From Vicugna vicugna (Eukaryota): 64,000 nucleotides of DNA. The DNA is taken from NCBI GenBank assembly GCA_013265495.1, contig MU057711.1, positions 1,922,001-1,986,000 of the forward strand. The letters run 5' to 3'. The translations under genes and the position numbers were made by a program. The stretch's first letter is position 1. Every line of letters starts with the position of its first letter. The notes beneath the pieces were generated by a model. The model had not been told where the DNA came from, searched no databases, and saw nothing but the letters and a program-made list of their open reading frames with translations. This document shows, piece after piece, positions 11,600 through 24,259 of this stretch.

Positions 11600-12720
11600 G
11601 AGAGGATTAACCACAGATCAAAGGTCAAGTGGGCAGCGCAAAAGAAACTTCCAGACCCACCCCAGGGGCCAGGGGGGCCTCCTGGAGAAGGCCAATATCC
11701 TTGTGGTCTATATGCGCACACACACCCACACCCCATCACCACCCCCTGCTCATCCTCAAACCGTCACTTAACTCGGATTTCAAACTGCTCAGGATGTTCT
11801 TTAGTCAACATGAAGTAGAAACCTTTTATTAAATGCTGCTAATTTTTTATTGATCACACTGTGAATCATTTCATTTTCCATTACCGCAAATGTCTCCTCT
11901 CAGGGCTCCACGATTACGCTTCTTTATTCAGTCTCAAGCAACTTGTCACTTTTAATCAGTTTGCCGGTTCAGTCTTGCTCAAAAATTAGAAAGCAGGGGT
12001 CTCTGTATCATTACTGCTTTTGTTTAAAAAAAAAAAAAGTTTCCATACAGGAAAGGTTATTATACTTGGAATAAATATACATGAATCAGATTCAAATGAA
12101 ATTCCTCCCTGACTCTAACCAATTTTAGCATTAGCTTTCATAATTTTTTTAGGTTTATTTTCACGGAAAGACTATTCATAATTATTGCTCGTACTCTCCC
12201 AAAACACTTATGTTACTAAAGTGTGAAATGTCTTCTAACACAAAGACAGATCTCTGGGAAGTAATTACAGAAATGCATTCAGGGGCAATAATTCTATATT
12301 AGCTGTCAGCAGCAGACACCCTCTGAAAGGCACTTGTAATTATGAAGGAATTATTTGTGTAACCATTGAAGGCAAGGCAGGCAAGCCCACCCTGAAAGGC
12401 TGCGTCCGACCAGAAGCTTGGGCTCCCTCATCAAGGGTCAAATTAAGTTTAAATCATTACCTTGAAGCCAAGCAAACGTGTACCTGACTGTCTATTGTGG
12501 AGACGTTTTTTGAGACTCACTCAAGCACAACGTGGTCTTCCCGTTCCCAGCGTGGTGCAATTACCCTGAGTCTCAAAAGGATTCTGCCAGGAGTTTGTCA
12601 TAATAGGGAGAGAAGAGGTGGCAGGGTGTCTGTTAAATGCTACTCATGTCACCAAACAGAATTTTCAAGAATTATAAATTGCCGAGATGCCTTGCAGCTG
12701 ACCCCCTCGCGTTAAGAAGA
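11600..12720. promoter_or_regulatory. Putative conserved intronic enhancer
   Basis: About 1 kb of repeat-free AT-rich sequence in a GC-rich background, with many TAAT/ATTA and TGACA cores. Conservation is inferred, not measured. Confidence 0.55.
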
Positions 12721-13559
12721 GCCCAGAACATTATCAGGAAAGCACAGGAATTTGCATCAGAGTCAGGAAAGGACTCTCTGTGGGGAGCCCAAGGGGATGT
12801 AGCTGAGGGCACAAGGACTCAGCAGATATCTCTTCACCCCGTAGAAGGTACGACTGGGGTCTGAGTGGTGATGCCAGTTTCCTCTGGGGCAGAGACGTAC
12901 CCTGAAATGAAGACATGTGGATGCAGCATTGGAGGGGACCGAGGAGATGCCTACATGGTTGTCTGAGCTTTGTCCCCAACTCTTGGCAAGACCTTGGGCC
13001 AGCCCAGTCACTTCCCACTCTGAGCTTCAGTTTCCCCATCTGTAACAACATCCTGCGTGAGTGTTGTGTTGAGGGTATTAGACGAGTGACTAGAAATAAA
13101 GAAGCTGCAGTCTTAGCCTCCTCCTGTTTGGAGCCTGGTTCTCCACCTATAAATGGCAGGACTGACTCTAGGAGCCATTAAAGGAACCACCTGGGCTCTG
13201 AGTGCAGGGAGAAAGCATGGGGAGAAAAGCAGAGTATCTCCCCAGGTCAGTGGGTCCCACAGACACCTCAGGAATCTGCTCAGACCCCCTCAAGCCTCAG
13301 TTCCCCCATCTCTAAAAAGGACACGCCGAAGATCACTGTCCCAGGTTGTGCTCATAAATCACAGCGTGAAACGCCGTCACAGGCTTCTTTAGTCTGCTCA
13401 CCTACTGTCGTTTGTAGAGAGACATGTGCTTCCTAAGAAAACTCAGGACAAAAGGCAAAGGAGCTCTGTCCCCCAACAGCATGGGGCCAAGCTACCCCAG
13501 GCAGTGCCCACAGTTAGCAGGCCCACCCTGGGCGCAGCACCCAGTCCTCCATGGGGCCA

Positions 13560-13770
13560 GCCCTCTCCTTTCCCCTCTCTGAGGCTCACCTGGGGCTGGC
13601 CCTACCTCCAAGCTCCAAGGACAGGCCGATGACCCAGGCCTGAACAATCAAGGATGGAAATGTGACCCAAGTGGGGCTCCTGGGACAAAAATCTGAGACA
13701 TTTTCCTGGAATCACTGGGAAAGAAGTTACCTAAAGTGACGGTGGGGTGAGCAGAGCTGACAAATGGAGA
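13560..13770. mobile_element. MLT1-type LTR fragment
   Basis: gatgacccaggcctgaacaatc...tgtgacccaagt...gagacattttcctggaatcactgggaaagaag resembles old MLT1 LTR interiors. Confidence 0.45.
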
Positions 13771-13789
13771 GAGGGGGCCGAGGGTGTTT

Positions 13790-14370
13790 GAGCCACACCC
13801 TTTGACCCAGGCATTTCATATCAAGGTTTATCCCCTTGATAACTCCTGGACCTGAGCGCTCACTGTGAGAATACCCACTCCAGAATTATTCGTAATAGCC
13901 AAAAAAAAATATCAGACTACATCTACATTTCTATGAACGGAGGATGGATAGATAAACTGGTACATTCACAGAGTGGATACCATGCAGCAATTAAAGCCAA
14001 TAAAACAGAGCTACAGGTGCCAACAAGGATTACTCTTCCAAACACAACAGAGAGAGGAAAAAAAGCAAGTTGCTAAAGATAAACTACGATAAAATGATAC
14101 AATACGACAACATAAGTCTGAAACATGTATACCAATAGTACTGATGTGTCATTTGTATGCATTTCAAGAGGAAAGGCAAACAAGGAAATGAGAAATGCCA
14201 GGCCCTGCGGGGAGGGAGAGGAGGGCGACTGGGAGCTCCGGTGGGTGAATGGTGCTCTGTTCCTTATGCTTAAGGGTATGTCTTGGCTGGTCATTATTCT
14301 CTTTTATGTAGCTGAAATATTTTATGGTAGAAAAAAACTATTGGTGAGCCACTAAAAATGTTTAAATAAC
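13790..14370 (+). mobile_element. Old L1 (L1ME-like) 3' region
   Basis: tttgacccaggcatttc...attattcgtaatagccaaaa...ggatagataaactggtacattcacagagtggataccatgcagcaattaaa, the decayed ORF2 end and 3' UTR. Confidence 0.7.
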
Positions 14371-14659
14371 AGAAATGTTTAAAAGGACGGATGGTGAATG
14401 AATTGGGGGATCACAGAGAAGCAGAGAATTTTAGGTGGAGAAGCCTCCGGACAAAGGACAGGAAAGGACACTTCTTCAGAATCTAAGACTCAAGGTATTG
14501 TTCCCAGGCCATGTGGGAAGTTAGTGGCAGAGCCAGGGCTAGTCCTCACATCTGTGGATCCTACCTCAGCCCTGGGCTCCTTCCCCTCCGTCCAGTGGGA
14601 CAGGGGTGGAGAGGTAAGAACAGAGGACGGAGGGGAGTTTCTGGCTTGAGAAAATACCA

Positions 14660-14800
14660 GGAACTTGCTTCTACCAGGGCAGGAACTTCTGTCTGTTTTG
14701 TTCATTGTGGAACCCCCAGCATTTAGAACAGTGCCTGGTACATAGTAAGTGCACAATAACCGTGTGCTGAGTGAATGAACGAACGAATGAATGAATGAAT
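14660..14800 (+). mobile_element. L2 3' end
   Basis: ccccagcatttagaacagtgcctggtacatagtaagtgc...gaatgaatgaatgaat. Confidence 0.85.
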
Positions 14801-15953
14801 ATAGACTGAGATAAATTAAAGTCATGCACATACATTCATTAGAGCAGACTCTTGGACAGGACCCCTTTGCTGCACCACACCAGTCATTTTAAGCCAATGC
14901 AGATTTTCCACCTTCGCGTCTTAAAAAGAAAAAATCAATGCTCCAACTCTGACTTCTCACCAATTTTCTGACCCTCCCGTGGGCAGGCTGAGATTGTGAG
15001 TCACAGCTGAGTCTGGAAAACCACCTTTGGGGAGATGAGAATGGAAAACAGTCTTATTTAAGGAGGAGTCAGGTTCTGCCTAAAATGCATCCCTGCCCCC
15101 CTTTCATGAATGCACATCGAATGGAAAAAATTACTCCAACTCTCCCTGCTGGAGAGCGTCTGATGGCTGGGCCGACCAAAAGGAGCCGGTTGCTAAGAAA
15201 TCACACCGGGCGATGTCAGATGATCACTTGCTACAGGCGAGATATGGCCAGGGTCAGAGTCCAAAACAGTTTCTGGAAGTCTTTCCAGCAAAACCCTTTT
15301 TCTGCACAGGAAGAGAAGGAGAAGGAGCCATCTTGTTGGGTACCCACTGTGACTCCTGCCCTATGAGGTAGGGACTCTTACCAGCCTCAATTACTGATAA
15401 GGAAACGGAGACCAGAGAGGGCAAGGTCACACAGCGAGAGGATGGTGGAGCAGGGATTCCAGTGTCTAGCAGACAGGTGCTCCTTCTGAGCATAGAGGAG
15501 CTCCCTGGGATGCCAGGGCTGGGCTCCTCTGGGTTCACCCCTCCAGTGCAGAAAGAGGTGAACGGAGAAGCCTAGGCCACAGCAAAGACAGCCACAGCCA
15601 CAGCCACAGCCTGCAGCCTTCCCATGTGGAGGACGCCAAGTTTCTATGGGGTCCAGGTGGTGGATCGTCACCTCCTTCTCAAACCAAGATACCACCCCAC
15701 AAGGGTGACCAGTAGCACCAAGATCCACCAGGGCCCCAGGGAGCAAGGTCCCATGGGAGACCCCAGCTAAGAAGGGCACAGGGACCCCGGGGTGGGTGTG
15801 GGCAAGGCCAGCCCAGAAATGTCCCAACTGGGGACTCTGCCCATATTTCCAACAGAAATTCACAATTCCTGACCTTGGGGCTGATGCCGGGCATGTATCA
15901 GGCCAGCTAGTGGTCCCACCTTGCTTTCTCCCTAGAACTGTTTCTGTGTTTCT

Positions 15954-16081
15954 TGGGGGAGGTGGTGGTAGTAATTAGGTTTATTTATGTATTTATTCTT
16001 GGAGGAGGTCCTGGGGATTGAACCCTGGGCCTCATGCATGCTAAGCATGAGCTCTGTCACTTGAGCTATACCCCCCTCCCC
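15954..16081 (-). mobile_element. tRNA-derived SINE, camelid Vic-1-like
   Basis: Reverse strand reads gggggtatagctcaagtgacagagctcatgcttagcatgcatgaggcccagggttcaatccccagg. 16-bp target-site duplication ctgtttctgtRtttct at 15938-15953 and 16082-16097. Confidence 0.9.
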
Positions 16082-16607
16082 CTGTTTCTGTATTTCTGAG
16101 CATCTTTCTTTCCCACAAAAATGAGGTTTTACTGTTCTTTCTGATTACAAAGATAACAGCAACTGATGTCACACAGTAAAGTACAAAGAAAATAGTAAAA
16201 TAAAAAAATCACCTGAAGCCTCACACCCAGAGGTTTGGGCTGTGGCCACTCTGATGGACGAGATCTCGCATTTCCGGACACACGCAGTGATCCCTTTATA
16301 AGAGTGAGATCCCAAGTTGCACACCCACTTGTAACCTTTTTCCACTTTGTTCCGCTCAACACGTGTGATAGTCTGAGCGTGACACTCAGAAATACAGAAA
16401 CAGTTCTGGGGAGAAAGCGAGGCTGGCCTGATACATCGGGACTGCAGAGTCTGCCTCTACAGCTTCACCTAGAGGGAAATCTCACAGTTCCCAACTCCCA
16501 GTTAAATATGAACAGGTCTCAGTAGTGAATTGGTGGGGGGGGGGGCCTTTTCCATCTTACAAAAAGTTCCCCTGCTCTGAAAATAACTTCACTCTGTCTT
16601 TGGGTTA

Positions 16608-16750
16608 ACAGCAGGGTTTCAGGAGATGCAGGTCAGAGGGCCATCTGGGTTGGCATCACCTGAAGGGGGATCCTGATAAAATGTAGATGACACACCAGCA
16701 GCCCCTCTCTGAATATGGGGCCTGGAAATCTGTATTTAACAAGCCTCCAT
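16608..16750. mobile_element. MER5-type hAT-Charlie DNA transposon relic
   Basis: catcacctgaaggggg...aaatgtagat...ggggcctggaaatctgtatttaacaagcctcc. Confidence 0.6.
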
Positions 16751-17534
16751 AGCCCCGCCCCTGAGAACCGTCCTCGTGTCTTTAAAATAAAATTGAAATA
16801 ATTATGATTCTCCAACACAATTTTCAGTCACCACCTTGGACTAGCTGATGGTGACTCCCAAGAAAAAAGACCTTGCACCAGCACTGATGGCTGGAGTCAG
16901 GTCTGCAGGACGGCGCTCCCCAGCGCTCAACCTTCCTCTCTCCACACCTTCCTGGACACCATTTCCCACTGCATCTGTGCAGAGGACAACGGGCTTGCAG
17001 TGGAAAGCTTGGGCAGCTGACCTTGAAAGGATGCTCTCAGCCCATGACCCTGCAGAGTGTGTACGAGCCCTGTCTCTGGGTGTCACTCACACGTGTGCAC
17101 ACGTGTATACACTCATGCACACTCCCATCACACTCCTGCCCAGTGGACTCTTCCTCACACCCAATGATCCCAGGGAAAGTTTAGGAAATTCCCACTCTGG
17201 GAATTCTCAGTTGGCGGCTTCCTTTCCTCACTTCTCCACCAAATAGCCAAGGTTTTTCCCTTCCTAGTCATGAAGCAGGGATGCTTCCTGGGTTTCGTCA
17301 CTAACAGCTAAGCACAGGACCCAAGTCATTTCCCCCTCCAGGGGCCAAGCCAGGAGGGGAAGTGAGCTGATGTTTCTGGGAAGCAGGCCCCTCTAGGAGA
17401 CAGCTTCCCGTATCTGCCAGCTGCCAGCTTTGAATCACCGAAGACAGCACCAGTGGCCGGCCACAGGCAGGAGGCCCGAGGCCCCCAGGGCTGGCCTCAC
17501 GCTCTTTTCCAGGAGACACAGGAGAATTTAAGAT

Positions 17535-17950
17535 GGATCCATTTATTCACAGAACACTTAACAAGAACTATGATGTGCCAGGGACTGTCCGAGGACACAG
17601 CAGGGACAGAGGCGGGCAGACCCTCTCAGGGAGTCTACCATCTCATTAGGGAGAAAAGGGGCAGACACACAGAGAAACAAAATCAGTTCTGCGAGTGATC
17701 AGTACCTTGAAGGAAATACAAGAGGTGATGGGTGGGGGCCGGGGAGGGCAGCTTTACCCGGGTGTCAGGCAGGGCCTCTCTGCAGGGGGCATGAGCTGAG
17801 CTGGGGGCACAAGAAGGAAGCAGACGATCCACACACGTGGATCTGAGGCAAGGGAGCGCGAGCACAAAGGATCCTGAGGGGACGGAGCACAGGGTGCATT
17901 CCCAGCAGTGAGAGGGGACCAGTGTCTGCACAGCCAGAGCAGGGAGAGCA
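17535..17950 (-). mobile_element. L2 fragment
   Basis: atccatttattcacagaacacttaacaagaactatgatgtgccagggactg...gtcaggcagggcctctctg...tgagctgag. Confidence 0.7.
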
Positions 17951-19469
17951 GCGCTGGGCCGGAGGACAGCCCGGACAGCCATCAAATCCTGACTCAGACA
18001 GTGACCGGGAGGGAGCCAGGAATCAGCGCCAGTATCCTGAGTCAAGGCAGACGTGAAAAATCCAGAGTGAAGACAGATTGAAGGCAACCGTGTACGAATA
18101 AGAGACTGTGTGAGAGCCTCTGGACTTTCATTCAACTTGGTCAAATCTTCTGCAAACATTTCAAACGTGCTGGCTCTGTGCAAAGTGCCGTGGCCGGGGT
18201 ACCAGCTGCACCATCAGACCTGGGTTCAAATCCCACCAGTACCACTGCCAGACAAGTCTTCTGATTCATCAAAGATAAAATCAGACTCAAAACCATGCTG
18301 GTCCTCCAAGTGCCAGACCATGCATGCCCTGTCCCTGCCTACCAGTCCAGTGACAGGATCAGTCTCAACAGTCCAGCTGCACCAGACGGCTGGGTAGGGA
18401 GTTGTCCATCCAGGCAGGCATGGGAGTCACAGTCTTTGAACTCTTGAACCACTAACTAACTCTTAGACTTGAAAAGATTAAAGTGCCACCCAAGTAGGAC
18501 AGGGATCTCCTGCCAGCCTCCAAGGGCAAGGGTCTTAACCAAGACCCCACAGCAAGGGGGTAGCAAATTAAGAGCAGCAGGCTCCTCTTGGGACCCCTGG
18601 TCTTGCCCTCTCAAGCTATCCTAGTCCCTGTCAGGGTGCTCACCTCCAAACTGAGCTCCTGGAGAAGAAAGCTGGACTGAGAGGGCTATCACCAAGTGAC
18701 AACATCACCCACCCTGTCCAAGAGTCACTGGCCCAGGAATCTAAGAATCTGGGCCACTGTAGCAGTGACCTAGCCCAGGAAAGGAATTTGAAACAGGTGG
18801 CCTAGTGCATTACCCAGCTTCCATGAACCCTGGCCAACAACTGCACACAAGGGGGACCACATCAGTGGCCCAACCCCGATCCCCGCCCCTGCCAGGCTCA
18901 GGCCTGATGGACATCCAGCAGCCCTGCAGGAGGAGCTGCAATGCTGGCTCCTGCCTGCACAGCTGGTCCCGGCCTTCCCAGCCCCAGTCCCGGCACCACC
19001 TGCTTGAAAGATTCAAGGGCCTGGGAGTCCCCACCAGAACCGTCCCCACCTCTGACATTGGCACCGTCTTCAGGGAAATCTAGCCGTGGATATCTCTCCA
19101 AGCATCCTGTCCTTTAAAAAGGGGAACAGGGAGGAAGGCAGGAAAACTGTCCTCAGACCACAGAAGAGCAGGCTTGTTCTGGGAGATCCAGGTCCCATGA
19201 ACCAGGTCCCATGGGGCCAACCAGGGGGAGAAGAACTGCCCCAGTCCACCACAAGGCCTGAGAGCGTGGGCCTGACTTCAACAAGCTGGAGATGCACCCC
19301 TGCTTCACAGCTCATGAGCTGTGCGACCGTAGGCTAATGATTTAATCTTTCTGAACCTCAGTCTCTTGCCCTGTAAAGTGGGAGAACAGCTGTGCAGGAG
19401 GCTGTCAGGAGGATGGCAGGAGGTACAGAGAGAGCCAATGTGGGCCTCACATGTCCTCATCCTCTCAGC

Positions 19470-19850
19470 GAATCATGACTGTGGGCCTGCCATGCACCAG
19501 GCAGTGTCCTCAGGCTGGGGACACAGCCGTCAACAGAACGGACAAACACTGCTAGCTCACAGGGAATAAAATATCAGAATCTCAGAGTAAAATCTCAGGC
19601 AGTGATAATGCAAGGCAGAGAATTACAGCAGGGTGGAAGTGAAGATGGGCAGAGACAACTTTAGCTAGGGCGGTCCGAAGGGCCTCTCCCGGGGATGGGG
19701 GGACAGTGTGGCGCGGGGCAAGGCATTTGAGTGAACATTTAAGTGACATGACGAAGAGGCACAGAGAGAGAGCAGGAAGGGTTTTCCAGACCCTGGGGCT
19801 GGAGCGAGCCTGAAGGGCTCAAGGAATGGGAAGGTCAGCATGAGTGGTTG
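19470..19850 (-). mobile_element. L2 fragment
   Basis: caggcagtgtcctcaggctggggacacagc...gtgataatgc...gggcggtccgaagggcctctc...catttgagtgaacatttaagtgacatga. Confidence 0.6.
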
Positions 19851-20139
19851 GGACAGGTCCGATCGGGCTTTATAAAGACAGGGCCAGAAGTCTGGTTTCA
19901 CACCTTCTCCTTGTCCAACAGGACAGTGACATGGCATCCTTCACCCCACACCCTGTCTACTTTTAGTTCCCTTGGCACTCAGGACCTTCTTGCTTTTATT
20001 GTTTATTGTCTCCTGACACCCAATCCAACATAAGCTCCAGGGTCACTGGTTAATGCTTGGCCTAGAGAAGGTTCTCAATAATGTTTGCTTAATTAAGTAA
20101 CTATTGGCATTCAGTAAGTGCTCCATAAGTGTGATGACT

Positions 20140-20305
20140 GGGGCTGCCACAAGGGTCCAGGCTGCTTTATAAGGAGATGAGCCTCCCATCCCTGGAGGCA
20201 TTCAAGCAGAGCCTAGAAGAAAACATGCTGGGGACTGCTGACACTAGGAAGGTCTTAAATGATGGGGGCTTCCAGGCTCTCTCCTATTCGAAGAGCTGCT
20301 GAATC
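20140..20305 (+). mobile_element. L3/CR1 3' fragment
   Basis: gatgagcctcccatccctggaggcattcaagcagagcctaga resembles the conserved CR1/L3 3' end. Confidence 0.55.
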
Positions 20306-20409
20306 TGCCCTCTGCTCAGTTCCGGGGGACAGCCAGCCCCTGTGGCCACCACTGGGCAGCCGAGAACAGACACTGTCTGTGGGGCCAGGACACATGTGCT
20401 CGAAGTTCG

Positions 20410-21470
20410 GACAGCTGCCTTAATTTCTGGATAATTAGAGATTTATTATTAGCACCACAAAGTGCAGCCCCTTATGATGCTTAATGAGAGATGTAATTAT
20501 TACGGGGGCTGGAGAGGGTGTGGGCAGGGGTCGGAAGGAAAGAAAAAACTTTTTTTTTGCCAACATTGTGAGTTGAGTGCCAGGCGGAATGGACTTAAAT
20601 CCTCCCTCAAAGGGCCCCCTGGGCAGGGCACTTCCTGCAGACAGTTGGAACTCAGCCTATGTAGGGTTCGACTTCCTTTGTGTTAACTAATTTCTGACTC
20701 TGGGTTTTCAGCTATTTATTTCTAGAACAATACGCTCACTGCAGCAGTGGTCCAGTGCAGCAGTCTTCCTGGTGGTGACAGTGTGCTCTCCCCTGCTTTT
20801 CTCTGCAGTGGGGTGGGGGGTGGAGTGTGAAAAGCCATCTAAAAGAGGTGGGGAGAAGTGGTCAAGCCCCATCCTCCCCAAGTGAGAGTCTCATTTTCAG
20901 CTCTCTGGAGAATGTGAGAGAAACCCCAGAGGGGTCTTGGGAGACCCAAGATTTCGGGCCAGGCAAGTGACAATGTCGGGGAAAGAGGGTCTGGCCCCCA
21001 GAAGGAACTCTTCCTCCAAACAGAAATTAACCGAGGTTCCCAGAACCCTTCCCCAAGCCAGCGTGCTCGCCTGCTTTTTCCCAGTCTGTAATCTTTTTCT
21101 AATTTGCGTTGCCACTTCCTGCTTCCTCCAAGCCACCTTAATTGGAAACTCTTTAGTTCACAGGGAAAGTTCCTCTCTGCTCTCTGAGGACACCTATCGA
21201 GGGTGGAACCAGGCTCTTCATCATAATTCTTACCAGACATAGCTAATAATGACCCTCTTTCACTAATGAAAAAAACACACACATGCACACATTGTGGCTG
21301 CTGTAATTAAGCTTGTGACGAGTTGAGTCAGAGGGAAATTAGATTTATTTACATGCTGTTCTGTTGCTGATGAAGCACTAGCTGTCGGGAAGACTTCTAA
21401 TTAACCCTCCTTTAGAGGGTGTGCTCTTCGTAACTCCTTCCCTCGACGTACCCTTTGTAAATTGCAGTTG
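20410..21470. promoter_or_regulatory. Putative conserved intronic enhancer pair (20410-20730 and 21020-21470)
   Basis: Repeat-free, several TAATTA palindromes, AP-1 TGAGTCA at 21324-21330, SOX-type CATTGT. Confidence 0.5.
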
Positions 21471-21472
<2 letters not shown>

Positions 21473-21515
<43 letters not shown>

Positions 21516-21533
21516 TAATAATAATAATAATTA
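21473..21533. repeat. (AAT)n microsatellite with one interruption
   Basis: Directly visible: taataataat...ataattaataataataataatta. Confidence 0.97.
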
Positions 21534-22179
21534 GCCATTCTTAGAGTTCAGTCTCTTCTGTAACTCTTTAATCCTCGAGCCATGTTGCCCAGATGCTGAC
21601 AGCAATAAAATGCCTGGAAGTTCTCAGTTCTGAGCTGTAGTTACATCAGTTTATCAGCCAACGAGTGTTCCAGGAGAGCCAGCCCCCGGCCAGGCCCAGT
21701 CTAGGCACTCGGTGCATCAGAAGTGGAACCATGAAGAGGCCTGCCTCGGAGGAGGTGAGGATGATGGGAAAGGAATTCGGGGAGTGGCCAGTTGAGGCAG
21801 GAATAAGGGCAGAGGAGCCAAACAGGGAGGCACTGGAGGGTGGGTGAAGGAGGGAGGGAGGAAAAGCAGATGCAGCATTTAAAATGAGAGCTGGGCAGAG
21901 CCCACAGCGGAGACTAGACGTCCAGGGTTTTCTGAACAGACTTGCTGCCTGTTGCTGACTGCTGCCTCTGTCCGTGTGTGTGCAGCTCTGTCTGGGCAAA
22001 AAAGAGGCCGGGGATGTCAGGGCTAGAAGCACGCAGGTCTGGGGCTAGGTGTTCACATCCTGGCAGTCCTAGGTTCTTAAAAGAACCTGGTTTCCAGGAA
22101 GCAGTGAGATCAGGCAAGGGCGTCCACCACCAGTTACTACAGCCCCCCGGGTCCAAGAGGCCACCAAATGCATGACACT

Positions 22180-22312
22180 CACGAATTTCATGACAGTTTT
22201 TTGGGGGGGGGTTATTTTATTAGACATACACATGGACATTAAAGTACCCCCCGATGTCAGAAATGTTAGATTATGATAAAATACACGTCTTAGAATTAAA
22301 GCAATATGGTAA
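22180..22312. mobile_element. Possible TcMar-Tigger relic
   Basis: Ends in cgtcttagaattaaagcaatatggta, similar to recalled Tigger terminal sequences. Confidence 0.4.
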
Positions 22313-24259
22313 TTAAGTCTTTAGAGGACAGCCTTGCGGGAGGCTAGACCCTGCCTGAAATATGCAGAATCAGGCAAGCTCCTCACCCGTCCCACACGTG
22401 GCCAAGGCCAGGAGCGTCTGCACAGTCACTGCCCATTCTGGGTGCCACCATCTCTCAGGGTCATCTCCCCTCCAGGTATTGGCTCAGGAGGTCCCTACCC
22501 TTCCCTCCAGGGAAGCTTCAAGTTGGAAGAAACCTCAGAGACCATCTTATCCAGCCCAGCTCTTACCTGGTCAAGACCACCCCTCCAGCATCCCTCAAGG
22601 GCTGTCCAGAGCCAGCTGGCACACCTCCAGGGGAGGGAGGTGGTTGCGACAGTCACCACCTCCCAGGGCACTGCCGGACAATGGACTCTATGGAGGGAAG
22701 GGGGCACGGATAGGTTAGGAACATGGGGACAACACCTGTCTTGAGTTTGGATACTTGTGAGCACCTCTGGCAACAAGTCCCTAGTGAGATGGGGGTGGGG
22801 GGGCATAAACATGAACAGGCTTCAGAACCCACATCCATGCAGCTGCTTAATTACTCGAGTTTTTTTCTAAAGCACGTGGGACTTTTTGAAAGCCTAAGTC
22901 CTGATGAAAGACGGCACAGCTCTAGACTCCAGAGTGAGGCAGGGGAGAATTCTCATTCCGTGTCATCAACACACAATAAACTCATGCTTGGGTGTTTAGA
23001 TCTTCCTCTAAATTACTTGCCACACAGTACAATGACAGTTATCTCTTTCCCCTTAGACGTGCAGCATGGGGCAAGGTACACATGGCCCTTCAAGGAGAGG
23101 GACCAAATCCAGCACCCCTGTGTGCTCCATGCCACTACAAAACAGACTTTGCATCAATGTGTGTCAATAAGCAAGGCCAAGAATTTCTAATCTCAAAAAT
23201 CACATTCTCCTTGCCTTTCAATATCACACTGAGGATTCCGTGGGTTTGTGATGCTTACCACTCACTCAGCTTACTGACCTGCTGCGTGAACGTCTCCCAT
23301 GTTCTCCTATGTACCCTCGCTTGAGAGTTCATGAACCTGTAGCAAAAGGAGCCCTTTGTAAGGTGTCCACATAATCACCACCACCTGCCCTGCACCAGGG
23401 AAGGGGCTCTGCAAATGTCTGTGAGGTGAACAGGGAGACCAGCCCCTGTTAAGAGGATGGCTTTGTCATCCACTTGCTTGAAGTAAATTTCCAGGACATG
23501 AGGGGCCCCTGCATGCTGAGGTCTCCGTGGCCCGTGTCAGAGGTTAACGCTGTTTAATTACCCGGCATTTTTAAATCACCATAGCCCAATCCCACAGAAC
23601 TCACACCTGTAACTTCTACAATCCGACACAGTTCCACAAGTTATTGGGACATTGGGAACTCAAACCAAGCCAGACACGTGACCACCTGCCCGCAAATCCC
23701 CCCTAGGGGGGAGTGGTGAGGAGCCTGACTCACAGGAAACACCCTTGCCATCAATTCTGATGAAGAATGGTCTCAAAGACACACACGCACGCACCCTGGA
23801 TGCCCCAACAGCAAAACTCAGGTTTACCTGCGATGGCAGGTGCCCGAAAATTAATTTCCCCAAATGCTTAGAAGGGGAAATATGTTACAAATGACAAGTA
23901 AAGGAAAAAAGGATGGACGACTCCTCGCTCGGAACCGGTCACCAGCTGGTCCATTGCAGCCATCATCACCCTGGTTCAGTACTGCATCACCTCTCCCCTT
24001 GATGACCGCAAAACCTCAGAGGCTTGTCTAGGCACTTGTCAAACCCTGAGAGGACTCCTGCTACGCAGCAAGCATTAGAATGTTCTTGCTCCACCTTCAT
24101 CTGCTAACAGTGGAAAATGGTTTATCCAGGAGCCTGAACATCAGAAGGATCCACTTCATGGATTTGTTTTAAAGGATGTTTAAAATAATTATTCTTTCAA
24201 AACTTACTCTGCCCTCATACTCCTTAAAGAATGACATCCCAAGTCTAAATTTTAATGGC

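Noticed and set aside
10828..11742. Longest ORF in the track (304 aa, minus) and the many other 100-220 aa ORFs
   Set aside because: Low-complexity P/G/R/S-rich translations with no recognisable domain, overlapping in several frames; expected in GC-rich intronic DNA.
12455..12525. Minus-strand donors AAG|GTAATG (12461) and TGA|GTGAGT (about 12521)
   Set aside because: The phase-1 frame of the 12461 donor has a nearby upstream stop and no ATG, and I found no convincing acceptor; not supportable as an exon.
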